This document shows, in pieces, positions 22,801 through 34,819 of a stretch of 64,000 nt of DNA (position 1 is its first letter; the number at the start of each line of letters is the position of its first letter). Where the stretch lies: contig MU005993.1 of assembly GCA_010093745.1 (NCBI GenBank), positions 62,001-126,000 on the forward strand, in the 5' to 3' direction. Source of the stretch: Piedraia hortae CBS 480.64. Its lineage: Eukaryota. A program made the translations under genes and the position numbers. A model generated the notes under the pieces. It searched no databases. It was not told where the DNA came from and worked only from the letters and a program-made list of their open reading frames with translations.

Positions 22801-22922
22801 AGGTGTACCTACAGCAGACAATCATGGCGTGTGGGGGAGAGCGCCAGTTTCAGCTGGACTGGCTAAATAATGTGGACCGAGATGTGCTGGCTGCATTTGG
22901 GCGACTGGGAATCATGCAGTGA
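19842..22922 (+). CDS. KAP120: Importin-11 / karyopherin Kap120
   Basis: 1026 aa with importin-beta N-terminal domain (IIQLKNGIDKHWRK), DLKEWEEEPEEW and LRRRAAILIGQWI; HEAT-repeat character. Confidence 0.88.
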   Translation: MTAFAVEVAGEANPLTERQLVQTLQATSSSVPHQIQTGTKQLQTWARQKGFYTMLQSAYLDHSLPVESRYMAIIQLKNGIDKHWRKTATHSISSDEKDGIRSRLVQGCLDEPDDRLALQSALVVAKVARLECPTVWPDLMPSLAQRLRQASSSSPVQLTRCLLVLLQVIKELGATRFPRTRRHLLVVTPELVHVLSGLYTAAITSWQQQGSEQGIATGVATLKVLRRLIIYGYEHPHRDDDVATFWSSSQQFFGSLLQQRQQTPLVDKNLVQLAKLHRNMARDHPASFVLLPQSRDLAMAYWGLIKQFGQTFSSREEITGANANGSAGNGEQQTSTNEKIALFGLLLIRACVKMVHNPVGSFRYSAGETKQEQVRARTLLREQLLGLDFVQEMADTLIARFFVFRASDLKEWEEEPEEWEKRQDGESDDWEFSIRSCAEKLFLDLAINYRESFVQPLLSVFYSVASTQNNDYLAKDSVYTAIGLAAPVLLDDVDFDRFLNDVLVYEVQKHQPGFNILRRRAAILIGQWISVKINSREVVLQIFAHLLSTNDPLNDQVVRITAGRQLAKVVDDWGTTAEHLQPYAETLLSRLLNLIDEIELGDTKLVLVNTVSVFITKMESNIAPFAEGIVKILPALWENSGDEHLMKQRILVIFVALVNAMQKDSTPLHSMVFPIIKGSVQPGSEMEVYLLEDALDLLAAILYQTDQASPALCDLFPSILPLLEKGSDSLRRALEIISSYVLLAPEYVLREDVRRKLISALVALLPVLKTKAYANGMACGIVEAMIRQAFRLGDEMAVNRLTADLMPLFTVALQTLHGCWTAHSATGTGAMDPPIDGFVEKDYYSIFSRLILASLGSFIEAMEAFAKGKGETSQDTMNWFLEDWFDMFENHNDPERRKLMTLALTRLLETRHSFILSRLQNLMTVWTDVVTELRNDVEDNTAVTSDSLVYNPPEEGFPSSFGAEDKRKTEMLYSDEVHVINLPQWIKVYLQQTIMACGGERQFQLDWLNNVDRDVLAAFGRLGIMQ

Positions 22923-23180
22923 TGAATGATAATGTTATTATTACTTCTCTTTTACGGGAGAACATGTGGTGTATCGACCAGTGGTAGAGGTAACATTTAC
23001 ACCTCGTCCCTACAGTTAGTGTTTCAATTCCCGCCGCTTTGGTGAGAGGGGGTCCTTCGGAGTGAAGTTGCAGTGCTATCCCACTTCAAGCAAGTCCAGG
23101 AACGGCCCGATCCCGCTGCGGGGGGGGGGGGGGGGCACAAGCTAGCGCACCAACAACCAAAAAAGTCCATCGAGTCGAAA

Positions 23181-24746
23181 ATGGCCGATCGCAACCTCAG
23201 CGCAGAGATTCTAGCAGCGGTAAAAGACGGAGCCGCAATCCGAACAGATGAATACTTCCCCTCAGTTCCCCAGCCGCAGGTCAAGGCGGCACTCGACCGG
23301 CTTGCGGCCCGTCAGATGATCGAATACGAAACCCGAGACAAAGACGAAGTAATCCTCACTCCCGAGGGAAATCAAATCGCGTCAGAAGGTAGCCACGAGT
23401 TCAAAGTATGGGAACTCGTTACCCAAGCGGGGCGGTTATCACTCAATGATGCAGTCTTATCCACTCCCTCTGCTAAAGTCGGACAAGGCAAAGCTTTTGG
23501 TCTTAAATGGATTAAAAAAGACGGGAATGGCCTCGTCCCATCTGCTGAAAACGTTCGCGACTCAACCAGGGAGACACTTCAATACGTATCCCAACACGGC
23601 GCGTTTGAAGACCCAAAGCTCCAGAAAGAGTATCAAAAACGTAAACTGGTGACCACCCAAAAAGTCATCGCATATGACGCCCGACGAGGCCCGAAATGGG
23701 CCGCAGAGATCCCTAGGGAAGTAACAGACCTTACAGCAGAAATGCTCATGGACGGAAGCTGGAAGACTGCGAATTTCAAGCCGTATAACTTCAACGCCTT
23801 AGGCGAACCGCAGCCTTCTGGCGCTCTGCATCCTCTGAACAAAGTCAGAAAAGAGTTTCGACGTATTTTCCTTGACCTCGGTTTCATGGAGATGCCGACG
23901 TCGAATTACGTCGACTCTGGGTTCTGGAATTTCGACGCGCTCTTCGTCCCCCAGCAGCATCCAGCACGAGATGTGCAGGATACGTTCTACGTATCTGACC
24001 CTGCGGAGGCGGGATTGCCGGGTCCGGATCCTGTCTTCGATTCTGCGATGGAGACGATGGAGCGCAGTTCGATTGTTAGTGGGGATAGCGTGCCTACCTC
24101 GAAGGGGAAGCTGGATTACGCGAAGTATTATGAGAATGTGAAAAAAGTGCATCAAGATGGTGCGTTTGGGTCGACGGGGTACCGGTATCCGTTTTCTGAT
24201 AAAGAGACGAGACGGCTGGTGTTGCGGACGCATACGACGGCCGTGTCGGCATATTGTCTCCATCATCTCGCGCTGGCGCCGAGGCCGGTGCGTTATTTCT
24301 CTATCGATCGTGTTTTTCGCAATGAGTCTGTTGATGCGACGCATCTGGCGGAGTTTCACCAGATTGAGGGCGTTATTGCAGATTATAATCTTACTTTGGG
24401 GGGGTTGCAGGGTTTCATGGAGACGTTCTTTCGTCGTGCGGGTATCACGAGTGCGCTGCGCTTCAAGAGCGCATATAACCCCTACACTGAACCTAGTATG
24501 GAGATTTTCTGCTGGCATGAGGGGTTCAAAAAGTGGATTGAGATTGGGAACTCGGGAATGTTTCGCCCGGAGCTGTTGTTGCCTATGGGTCTGCCAAAGG
24601 ATCTCAGGGTTTATGGCTTTGGGCTTTCGCTTGAACGGCCGACTATGATTAAATACAAGATGGACAATATCAGAGATCTGCTGGGGCACAAGGTCGATTT
24701 GGGCTTTGTGAAGGGTAATCCTGCTGTTAGGTTGGAAAAGGACTAG
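23181..24746 (+). CDS. FRS2: Cytoplasmic phenylalanyl-tRNA synthetase alpha subunit
   Basis: Start MADRNLSAEIL; GALHPLNKVR, FWNFDALFVPQQHPARDVQDTFY, LRTHTT, DRVFRNESVDATHLAEFHQIEG, YNPYTEPS and GLSLERPTM. Confidence 0.96.
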   Translation: MADRNLSAEILAAVKDGAAIRTDEYFPSVPQPQVKAALDRLAARQMIEYETRDKDEVILTPEGNQIASEGSHEFKVWELVTQAGRLSLNDAVLSTPSAKVGQGKAFGLKWIKKDGNGLVPSAENVRDSTRETLQYVSQHGAFEDPKLQKEYQKRKLVTTQKVIAYDARRGPKWAAEIPREVTDLTAEMLMDGSWKTANFKPYNFNALGEPQPSGALHPLNKVRKEFRRIFLDLGFMEMPTSNYVDSGFWNFDALFVPQQHPARDVQDTFYVSDPAEAGLPGPDPVFDSAMETMERSSIVSGDSVPTSKGKLDYAKYYENVKKVHQDGAFGSTGYRYPFSDKETRRLVLRTHTTAVSAYCLHHLALAPRPVRYFSIDRVFRNESVDATHLAEFHQIEGVIADYNLTLGGLQGFMETFFRRAGITSALRFKSAYNPYTEPSMEIFCWHEGFKKWIEIGNSGMFRPELLLPMGLPKDLRVYGFGLSLERPTMIKYKMDNIRDLLGHKVDLGFVKGNPAVRLEKD

Positions 24747-24788
24747 CTATGCTATGAGGCGTTGCGATCAGCTAGACTAGCAGTACAG

Positions 24789-25047
24789 TTAGGCCGTTTT
24801 GTCTTCTGGCTTCTTCCCAGACATGTCCCGGCCCGTGGCCTCGCTGGGTCTAACAGTGCTGCCGTCGCTGTCTTTGGTACGTTCCTTGTTGTCTCCCAGC
24901 TGGCCCTCTGACTTCTTGTGAGGGTCAGTCAGCCCGAGATTGCCTTCATATCTGTAATAAGATCAGTATGGTTCATTCTACAAGATCGGCGCAGGCGTAC
25001 TGTTGCGATTCACCGACCTTGGGTGTTTCCATTGTGTTGGAGGACAT
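24789..25047 (-). CDS. Small hydrophilic protein, 69 aa, two exons (hydrophilin-like)
   Basis: Exons 25047-25001 and 24951-24789, intron GTACGC..ACTGAT..CAG. Translation MSSNTMETPKVGESQQYEGNLGLTDPHKKSEGQLGDNKERTKDSDGSTVRPSEATGRDMSGKKPEDKTA*; AAAATG start context. Confidence 0.65.
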
Positions 25048-25180
25048 TTTGGGCTGTTTGCGGTTGGTTGTAGTGGCGATGAGTGGTGGTGGCGAGATGA
25101 TGGTAATGACGATGGAGGGGTTGACCCCGCCGATGACGAAATAGTTGCACGGCTTATTGGTACAGATTACATACTGCTCA

Positions 25181-26342
25181 TCAGTCGTCCAAGTCCACAT
25201 CCATGTCCATGAGGTGTCTGGGTTGTCAGTAGATATCACCACAGGGACATGCTTCTTACCCTTCGTATATCCTCATAAACTTGGCCACAAACGCCTCGAG
25301 ATGGAAAATCACTTTACTCCCGAGACGGATGCGGTGTTCGTAGAAGGCACTCCACTTGACCACGTCGCATTTGAGACTGTCGTCTATTTTGGGTAGCAAC
25401 TTAAACGTCAGAGTCTTCAACACGGTGGTGGCGGGAATGCAATGTGTAAGGAGGTCGTAGAGCTTCGCCCTGACTTGAAGTATTCGCTGCGGCGACCTCT
25501 CCTCGATGATTTCACTTGCAATCGCCTCAATCAGCGCCTCCCAGTCTGGGGGTGGAACAGGTGTCTTATCCGTCACGGTTTCACTGCAATGCCGATCAGT
25601 ACCACAGACTTCCGATAAAGAGGTCAACTGACTTTTGCGCATGCACAGCCTCAAACATGAGCAATGCTCGCCGCAGATTGCGGTGACATTCGTGCGCAAT
25701 CTTCCTTTCCAAGCCTTCGCACGGTTTAAGACCTTCCTTCTCCCCTACCGTCGCCAGCACAGAGACAATTTCGTCCTCCGTCGGCGCCGCCACCCGCACC
25801 AGTAAGCAACGCGATCTGATTGGCGCAATAATGTTGCTCGTGCTATTCGCAAGCAAGATGAGACGCAAATTGGGACTGTATTTCTCCATGGTGCGTCGGA
25901 GTGCGGCCTGGGCGTCGCGCGTGAGATGGTCGGCCTCGTTGATGACAACCACCTTGAACCGCTGCTTGGCATTGAGGTCGACTTGTGCTGTTTGAGCTAC
26001 TTCTTTGAGCAGATCCTGCACCACGACACGGTCATAATTGGCCACGTCGCTGGGTGTGATCTCCAGATGATAATTGCTCGACACAATGTTGAATTCCAGT
26101 TTCCGGTTGCTTGTCGTCTGGAACACGCGCGCATCAATCTTGATCTTCTCTGCCCCAGGCCCGTATAGCGCTCGCAGCGTTGCGCTGATCCGCGTCTTCT
26201 TGCCCGCCCCGGATGGCCCGTATATCAACAGATGCGGAAAATCGCTGCTGTCAGCCAGCGCCCTGAGTCGCTGCGTAAGGCCATCATGGTATGTCAGATC
26301 TTCCAGCGTCCGCGGACGGTACTTATCAACCAAAAGCGCCAT
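25181..26342 (-). CDS. RFC5: Replication factor C subunit 5 (yeast Rfc5 / human RFC3 type)
   Basis: MALLVDKYRP, YGPSGAGKKT, VVINEADHLTRDAQAALRRTMEKY, IRSRC. Introns 25632-25584 and 25259-25218; ends GHLMDMDVDLDD*. Confidence 0.95.
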
Positions 26343-26712
26343 TTGAGAGCTCTTCCAGACGCAACGCGCAAAGGTCGCGCCCGCACGTGAGCCAATTTCA
26401 CGTGATGTTCATCTGACCAAATGTCTCGCGATTTGACATTTCATCCAAGGGGGAAAACAAACAATTGTTCAAGATCTACGCCTCTGCTCTTGGGAGGTAC
26501 GTGGGGTTGACGAAAAACGCCCTGTGACCAGCCACCCTTTGACGCAGCTGTCGCGTCGGACGAAGTTATGAAAGCGGCGAAACGGTGTGCAGAAATTTTC
26601 TCAGTAACCGCCAACCCCCTCTCTATATGCCACAGTTTTGCAGGGCTTGCAGCTTAGCGACTCGGCTCCGCCAGTGACGGCGTTCCTCAACCGAGATGGA
26701 AGGAAAGAGCGT

Positions 26713-26815
26713 TTATCAGATCAAGTTATCAATCAGCGCTAACCTAACGTGGGGGCAAGCCACATGGCCATGGCGTAATCTGGACATCTGATAAATTGAT
26801 AAGATCATCCGATAA
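26713..26815 (+). promoter_or_regulatory. Cluster of GATA sites matching the SreA/Sre1 iron-repressor consensus (ATCWGATAA)
   Basis: TTATCAGAT 26713-21, TTATCAAT 26726-33, ATCTGATAA 26786-94, ATTGATAA 26795-802 and ATCCGATAA 26807-15, immediately upstream of a siderophore transporter. Confidence 0.8.
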
Positions 26816-26870
26816 CTCCCGCACATACCAAAAGGTTCTTGCCTTCTGCGTTTCCTGAGTTCCTGTTATC

Positions 26871-28766
26871 ATGGGCTGGGACGTCCTCTCGCAGCTGCGT
26901 AGCCGCAAGGTCTCCCATGACACTCACTCTGTTACAGACCTCGGCACAGATGGCAAAGACACAACTTTTACCAAGTCTGGGGAGAGCAACGATGATTTGA
27001 GCCTCAAAGAGGCTAATGAGAAGGAAATAGAGACCAACCCTAACACAGTGTCCAAGAAAGACCCCATTGGTGTCCAAAAGGCCGAGGCCGCTGCATTGGT
27101 ATGGAGTAAGAAGGCGGTTTATGCAACTTATGCATGGTTTGTATTTCCACGATCAAACTCGCCGCTGCTGACATGATAGGGTCTGGGTGTGTTTCTTCAT
27201 GTTGGCACTGCAGTCGTCCATCATGACGTATGCCACCGTTGCAGCGTATTCGACTTTCTCTGCAACGCCGGCATACACCACTGCAAGCATTCTCGGCAAC
27301 ATCGTCGGCGGTGTGCTGAAACTTCCCATTGCGAAACTGCTAAATCTCTGGGGCAGAGCAGAGGGTTTCGTCTTCGGATTTACCATCTATCTCGTTGGGC
27401 TGATCATCCTCGCTGCCGGGAGCGGTAGCACTTCCTATGCTGCGGGCTACACGCTGTACTGGATCGGCTATGATGCCCTCTACCTCATCATGGATGTCTT
27501 CGTTGCCGACACTTCGGGACTGCGTAACAGAGCGTGGGCATTTGCTTTTGTCTCGACTCCTTTTATCTGCACCGCGTTTACTGGTCCTTTGGCTGCCAAT
27601 TCTTTTCTGGCGCATACAACTTGGCGCTGGGCTATAGCCGCTTTCTGCATTATTCAGCCTGTTGTCTTTTTGCCGCTGGCTGTAGTCTTCAAGTTCTATC
27701 AGAAAAAGGCGCAAAAGATGGGCCTTTACCGTAGGGAGCCTTCCGGACGCACAACCTTGCAGTCGATCGTTCACTACTTTCATGAATTCGATGGTTAGTT
27801 TTGCCACCCAGTTGGCATGTCTACTAACAGTCGGTAGTCATCGGTGCCTTGCTTTTGATGGCTGCTTTCGTCATCCTGTTGCTGCCCTTTAGTTTGATCA
27901 CCTATGCCCGCATCACGTTCGACTCGCCGACCTTTGTGGCAATGGTGATTGTCGGAGTTCTCCTCTTTCCAGTCTTTGCCATCTGGGAAAAGTACTTTGC
28001 CCGCACTCATTTTGTTCGTTGGGAGCTCTTCCGGCAGCGTACGCTCCTCGGCGCCTGCCTCCTGGCCGGTGTTTTGTTCTTCAGCTTTTACTGTTGGAAC
28101 CTGAACTTTTACAATTTCTGCAAAGTCGTATACGCCTTGAAAGTTGCTGATGCCGGATACATGACGCAAATTTACAACGTCGGCTCCACCTTTTGGGGCG
28201 TCGTCTTTGGTGTCTGGGTTCGCAAAACGAAGCACTTCAAGTATGCCTGTCTCTGCTTTGGCCTGCCGGTCCTTTTCCTCGGCGCCGGTCTCCTGATCCA
28301 TTTTCGGGGCGAGGACCACGGCATCGGATACGTCATCATGTGCCAGATCTTCATTGCTATTGGCGGTGGTATGCTCGTCATCGGGGAAGACATGGCAGCC
28401 ATGGCGGCATGCGATCGTGAAGGAGTTGCCATGGCCCTTGCTTTGATTTACTTGTCTTCAGCTATCGGCGGTGCCATCGGTGATGCCGTTGCTGGCTCAA
28501 TATACGGCGCTACCTGGCGCAAGGCGGCCATCAGCAAGGGCCTCTCCCCGTCCTTTGCAGAGGAAATGTATCTCGGCGGGTACATGAAGCAGGAGATGTT
28601 TATCCCCGGCACCATGGAGCGTGAGGCCTTTAATTATGCCTGGAGTCAGACACTCAGATGGGGCGGTGTCGCGTCCACATGCATTCTCATCCTCGCCATC
28701 CCGGCAATCGCCATGTGGAAGAACTACCGGGTCGACAAGAAGCAGAACAAGGGCACTGTGATATAG
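26871..28766 (+). CDS. mirB: Siderophore-iron MFS transporter (SIT/MirB-like)
   Basis: Exons 26871-27136, 27180-27793 and 27838-28766; [43 protein letters not shown] and C-terminal KKQNKGTVI. Confidence 0.85.
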
Positions 28767-30393
28767 TCGTCGTGCTTGTACATTCCGTAGTTTATACAGA
28801 ACAATTCTAAGGCTTCATTGCCAGTCTGTAATGTCTACCGTTTGTCAGCCTATGTGATACGACGCCACAGAGTCATGTACATCTGATAACTCGACTTCGA
28901 GTGTGCTTCTTTCGAGTCTTGGGAACCGATGTTAAGCTCTGTAACGATGGACAAGGCCGATTTGTTCTTGAAACGACTGGTCGTAAGATCCTCCACTCGC
29001 AGGCAGGGCTTCAACTTTCCTAGGTGAAAGGGGGAATGAACGCTACGGATAGGCGATCTTCAATCCCACCCATCTACCCCGTGGAGTTAGATTTCATCTT
29101 AGTCGGAAAGGCCGCGTGGGATGGACGAGAGGCTTGGCATCTGGGTTTCTCACCTCCAATCTTTCCACTCCACAACATCTATGGGTTTTCCTCTGAGTGA
29201 AAGTGAGAGAACAACCCTGGAAGCCCTTCTACGCTAGATGATATATACGATGGAAGGGTACATGTTTGGGTCTCCACGAGAAATCTGGGTTTCTAACAGT
29301 CTGTTTCGCTGAGGATGAAATTGCTAGGGGGGCAGAATGATGTATTGAGCGCAGACGCATTAAGGACACAAGAGATTGATCATGGGATGTTCATGAACTG
29401 GATCGGCGGGGAGGATTTCGACGTCTGTTTCTGGTATTGTCCACTTCGAGTCTACGGAAGTGAACGTGGCTAGGTAGAAGAAATGATTGTGGCCCAATCC
29501 GTAAGGATGACCAAATGGGTCACTTGGGTGCAGATCGGTTCAGCAGCCTATTATGTACGATAGGAAGATTCCACTGTTCACGTGGTATGAAAATATTTAC
29601 AATCTGTCATTATAACTTCCATGGAAGATAAATCGGGCACAGATATCTCTCTTTGAGTGTGAAGTGTTATCTGTGATCGTCACCAGGACCGAAACAAGGG
29701 TCTATATCCCCAAAACATACAGGAACATTGTACGCGTTTGTGCCTCCATTATAACCCGCAAATAGCAAGTCCTGCAGATTACCAGGTTGCTGGAAAACCT
29801 GCAACCAAGTGGCGAGGGCGACGTGTTTGGGCTGGGCCACATGACGCTCTAGTGGTACGACGTCGGGCCTGGGCCCTCATGATCAGCAACGTTACCCGCC
29901 ATCATGTATGTCAGCTCGCCTTAATAGGGCATACGAAAAGTAGCAAACCGAGAGCTGCGAAGCAATTACGATGTCGTTGAGGGCGCAAGGCTCTCTGAGT
30001 CAAGGGTCAGCCCAGAATAGCCCAGTGCTGACATGCTGACGGGCCGACTACAGCTAACTTCCGGGCATTTACTGAAAGAGAGTCACTGCCAGACAGGACA
30101 TGACCTACTGCCGTTCCGTTTGGGATCGGCCGTTACCCTTGCAGAGGCGCAGACGATGCAACTAGCTCCCTTCTAGGCCTAGCGTGGCTGCTCCCCAAGC
30201 TTTAGTGTGGGTAGCGTGCAGATGGTCACAGCCAAAAAGGTTGGGGGTGGAACTATTCTTAGCAAACCCCCACTCCCGGCGACCGCAAGGCGGCGCCGGC
30301 GAACGAATGAGCGGATGGCGGCACGGCGCAGCACGGCAGGGACTGAGGACGGTTACACTGCATAGATAATCGGCCGCCGGACGGTTGTTGGGG

Positions 30394-32644
30394 ATGGCGG
30401 GGAAGGAGCGCAGCAGGGTCGACTCGACACTGTTGCCTGATGCCGCGCCGTCCGAGGACGGCATGAGCGGGCGATGTACAGTAAGCATTGCAGTTATTGG
30501 TGCCCCCGACGTGGGCAAGTCGACGCTGATCCTTCACGCGCTGGGACTCGACTCCTTACCTCGATCGCAGTGCACCAGACGCGACGTGTCTCTCGCTTCT
30601 ACCGTGTCGGTGTGCCTGGTTGAGCTGCCAATTGACGACGTAGAGGTCAACGACGATGATACAGTGGCTTGGCCCGACACGGTTGACGGCCACAAGATGC
30701 CACTAATCAACGGCGCCATAACCATGTGGGATGTCGGCCGAAAAGGCTCGATTGAGGATGTGCCCGAAGTTTTAAGTGAGTCGCCCTCGGTTTCTTCTTT
30801 GGAGGCCACTGACCGCCATCAGGCGCTATCCACAAGTCCCGCATTCCCTCGCTTCTGGTCTCCTCCAAATGCGATCTATTGCCGGCCCAGCGGGCCATGG
30901 ACCCGGCCACCGTCGAGCGCAAGGCCGTTGGCCTCGTTGGTACCCTGCTGACAGCGAGGACGTCGGCGTCTGATGGCCCTCGAAGCTGCAAACGCGCTTT
31001 ATATACGCTGCTTAAAGCCATAACGTCCAGGCCCGAGACGGCTGAGTTGCCACTAAGGCCGGCTGAACCAGCAACTGCAGGCTGCCAAGATGAGTCGGAT
31101 AAGAGCTCTGACGAGGCCTCAGAGCCTGATGGAGCTTCCATGGACTCAGGCCAAACGTCTGGCGTGCTGTCGGTGACGGAGCTGGCAGAGAACGGGGCGA
31201 CGTTTGACGAACTCGTCGATCGGCTCCTTGCCCAACCAACATCTAAAACAGACTCCAAATTCACCGCCATATTTTTAGCCTTGTACCGCAAGTTTGCCGC
31301 ACCTGGGAGACTTCTGGATGCCGTTATCGATCGCTTTGATAATGTCGAGCGCGACGGCGGCGCGCCCATGGCCACGACGGTGACGCAGCTGCGCATTCTC
31401 GCCATTGTAGAGCAGTGGCTGAGCCAGTATCCCGGGGACTTTGCGTCGCCGTACTCGCGGAAACGTGTGCGCGCGTTTGTAGCGCGTGTGCGACAGTCGC
31501 AGATATTCGCCATAGCCGCCAAGGAGATGAGTGCACATGTAGAAATGATCCGGGAAGACGACGACACCGGCTGGGCCGTGACTGACCATGAGCGGGCACA
31601 CCGTGGGCGTAGCTCGTCTCTGTCCTCCACAGCGAGCACGCTGCTAGAAAACCCCGAGGAAAGCCTCAGTGGCACGACGCTGGTCGACGAGAAGCCGCTC
31701 GAGCCTGGCCCTCCGCGTGTTCCTCCTTACACAGCCGGCGTCGAGGCTGCCCAACGCGCAGCGCAGTCGCTTGTGCCGACGCCCAAAAAGCCAATAACAA
31801 AGGTCGAGTGGCGGCAGCTCATGGATCTTCCAGACGATCTCATAGCCCAAGAACTAACACGAATGGACTGGATCATGTTTTCCTCGATCCGCCCGCGCGA
31901 CCTGACCCGATATCTGTCCCAGTCCGAAAAGGTCCGTTGCAAGAGCCTCGTCAACGTGACGCGCATGGTCGATCATTTCAACCACCTGGCGGCATGGGTA
32001 GCAAACTACATTCTGTTTCGCGACAAGCCCAAGCACCGGGCGCAGATGGTGGAGAAGATGATGCGCATTGGCCGCAAGCTGCGCGAGCTGAACAACTACA
32101 ACGCGCTGGGCGCCATCATCGCGGCCATCAAATCCGCCAGCGTGTGCCGCCTCAGTCAGACCATGGAGCTCCTCCCGCCTCAGGTCGGGCGCGACTGGGC
32201 GCGGCTGGAGGTTCTCATGTCGCACCCAAAATCGCACGGCGCTTACCGTCTTGCGTGGGAGAACACAACGGGTGAGCGCATTCCTTATCTGCCACTCCAC
32301 CTGCGTGACCTTGCCGCGTCCGAGAGTAACACGACCTACCGCGACGACGAGCAGCAGAAAATCAACTGGAAAAAGTTCGAAATCATGGGTGAGGTCGTTG
32401 TTGGCATGCAGCGCGCCCAGGGTATGCCCTACACACACCTCAGCGGTATAAAAGGCGACGGCACTGTCCGTGAGCTTGTTCTCGATGTTATAATCGAGCG
32501 GGATGAAGATGTGAGACTCCAATTTTCGAGTGGCGTTTGAAAGCTAACGTAAAGCAGGCATTGTACCAGAGAAGTCTGGTTTTAGAACCCTTTGAAGGTA
32601 CAGGCACCACAACGGAGAAGTTGAAGAGTTTTTTCAAGCGATAG
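30394..32644 (+). CDS. RasGEF (REM + CDC25 domain) with N-terminal P-loop GTPase-like domain
   Basis: IAVIGAPDVGKS P-loop; intron 30776-30822; SKCD G4-like motif; TFDELVDRLL (REM); IAQELTRMD, LNNYNALGAI and IPYLPLHLRDL (CDC25); intron 32511-32557. Start could be 30394 or 30463. Confidence 0.85.
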
Positions 32645-33548
32645 CTTTTTCCAACTAAAGGGAAGAGCAAAGTAGGTTTGGTTACGATGCTAATGATCTT
32701 TGATGAAATGTGAGAATTAGATGTGAGTCGCAAGTCTGTATCCTACGACTGTTGCATGAATTAATCTTTTTGAACTTGATGGGGTTGGCTACGTTGAATT
32801 GGTTTTCACACAGAATGTCCCTAACGAAATACAGTTCTACTCAGTGAGGCTGAGAGGGATGTCTAGTTAAAGGGGACGAACCGATAGTGTGGGTACACTA
32901 AGACGTGAATAATTGTATAGTTATATATACTGCATACATGAAGGGACGATGTTCATGGTCATAACGTGACACATCCCTCAACTTGTCTGCACTAATGTCC
33001 TGAAGTCCACGAATTTTTAGGGTGAAAAGAGTCGAGCTTTCCTCTTGAGCAATCAACCTTACGAAGAACAGAGGCTACAATACTCTGAGCTTGGTGTAGC
33101 TTGTGACTTCAGCCCCGCCAGATTGCCATAACCGACACGGGGAGGGAGGGGGGGGGGGTGAATATTTCTGTCCCTCCCTTTCGTTATAACTGTTGGATTC
33201 AAGCATTGCCGCTAGCGCGTATGCAGGGCACTTGCATAGCAAGTCAGCGATACCTCCTACACTACCAGCTGCACCCTAGGTTTTGTCCTCACAGAGGTTT
33301 CCATTAGAGTCATGTCGCATGCGACATGGTGAATGCACCCTGCTACTGTTTGAGGTGAGTCATGGAGTAAGTCTGCATGCTGACGGTCTTACTGCATGTA
33401 TGACCACTTGCTTACGGTACAAGCATTTGGTCAGGTGTGCTGGTGGTACGCATCTTTTGCACATCAGCCACTGAAAACTGTAATACTGATATCAGGCGCA
33501 GAACCTTTCCTCCCACAATCCAGCATGAATCCTTTAATCAACAACCCC

Positions 33549-34578
33549 CTACCCAACCACTCCCTCCCAAATTTTCCTCACCTCCCCCTCCAACTCCACA
33601 AACTGCCCTCTCACAAGCCAATGAAGCACCACCAACGCAGCCGCAGGCGCAAACTCCCCCCTCCCCAACCTCTCCTTCACCTCCTCCACCCCCATCTCAT
33701 GAAAAACCTCAACCTCCTCATCATTCTCCCTGGGAACGTACCCCGTACCCGTCAAATCAAGCTCATAGAGGAAAAGCTCACAAGGACAAACAAGGCCCTG
33801 CTCCCCCGAGAATCCTCTCCCAGTAAGATTCGTAAAGCGTAGCGTTCCGATTTCTTTTGCGTGTTGCTGGAGTAAATGGGCGGGTAAGGAGGCTTCTTCT
33901 TCGCCTTCGGCGAGGAGGCATGAGAAGGGTGTGGAGGTGGATTGCATTCCCCCGCCGATGGTCGCGTCGAGGAAGTTTGGGTAGGTGTATAGATAGGCGG
34001 AGCGGCGGGGAATGAAGAGGGTGGGTTTTTTTGCGGGTTCGTTCGGGGGGGTTAGTTCTGCTGCCGCTGATGATGGATCACGGGTGCATTTGTTGCCGGC
34101 GTGTGTGGAGGTAAAAGCAATGGCGTAAACACCTTGGGTCTGGATCCCGAAAAGGGCTGTCGCAAACCGCTCGATAGTGACTTTTCCGTGTGTGTATGTC
34201 GGGATGGTGACTAGCTCGCTGTGCTTCCCGCAGAATAGGTCGAATTTGCCGGATTCGATGCATTTGTTTACTACTTCGGCAAGGGTAGAGGTTATGTACT
34301 CTGGGGTTTTGTCTGCAGGGGTATTGGGAGGTGCAGTTAGGGTGATGGTTCGGGGGGCGGTGTGGGAGATGTGGAAGGATGGTGTCCAGGGCACGAGGGA
34401 GATGATGTTGGGTAGGAGGACCCCGTGTGGGACGGAGCTGAGTGGGAGATAGAGAGAGTAGTAGTAGGCCGAGTCTGGGACATAGCTTTACATGACGGTC
34501 AGATTGGCAATGAATTGAAAGGTAGATCTACTCGTTGATGCCCTGAATGAGGGATAGGAAGGGCGGTGGGGAGGACAT
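33549..34578 (-). CDS. Nudix hydrolase (YJR142W / thiamine-diphosphate Nudix-like)
   Basis: Exon 1 34578-34532 (MSSPPPFLSLIQGIN), intron 34531-34486; IERFATALFG, LFIPRRS..TYPNFLDATIGGG, EGEEEASLP Nudix box, NDEEVE. Confidence 0.8.
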
Positions 34579-34819
34579 CTTGCAGGCCTGAGTGGTGAGT
34601 CTATAAGTATTGATGTTTTCGTCTACATACAGGACAATGAACCTCTGAGTATTCGATTCGTAGGCAACGCCTTCTGCTCCCTAATTTTGAGGTGAAGTGA
34701 AGGAAAGCTCTACATGCCAGATGCTTGCATTAATGGATCTAAATTCGTCCTGCCACGGCTAGGGTTAGGATTATGTCAGCCTACCGTAATCGACACCATC
34801 AACAGCATACGTAACAACA

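Noticed and set aside
23120..23135. G16 run upstream of FRS2 (and G-run at ~33139-33158) as a G-quadruplex element
   Set aside because: Simple homopolymers; nothing in the sequence supports a function.
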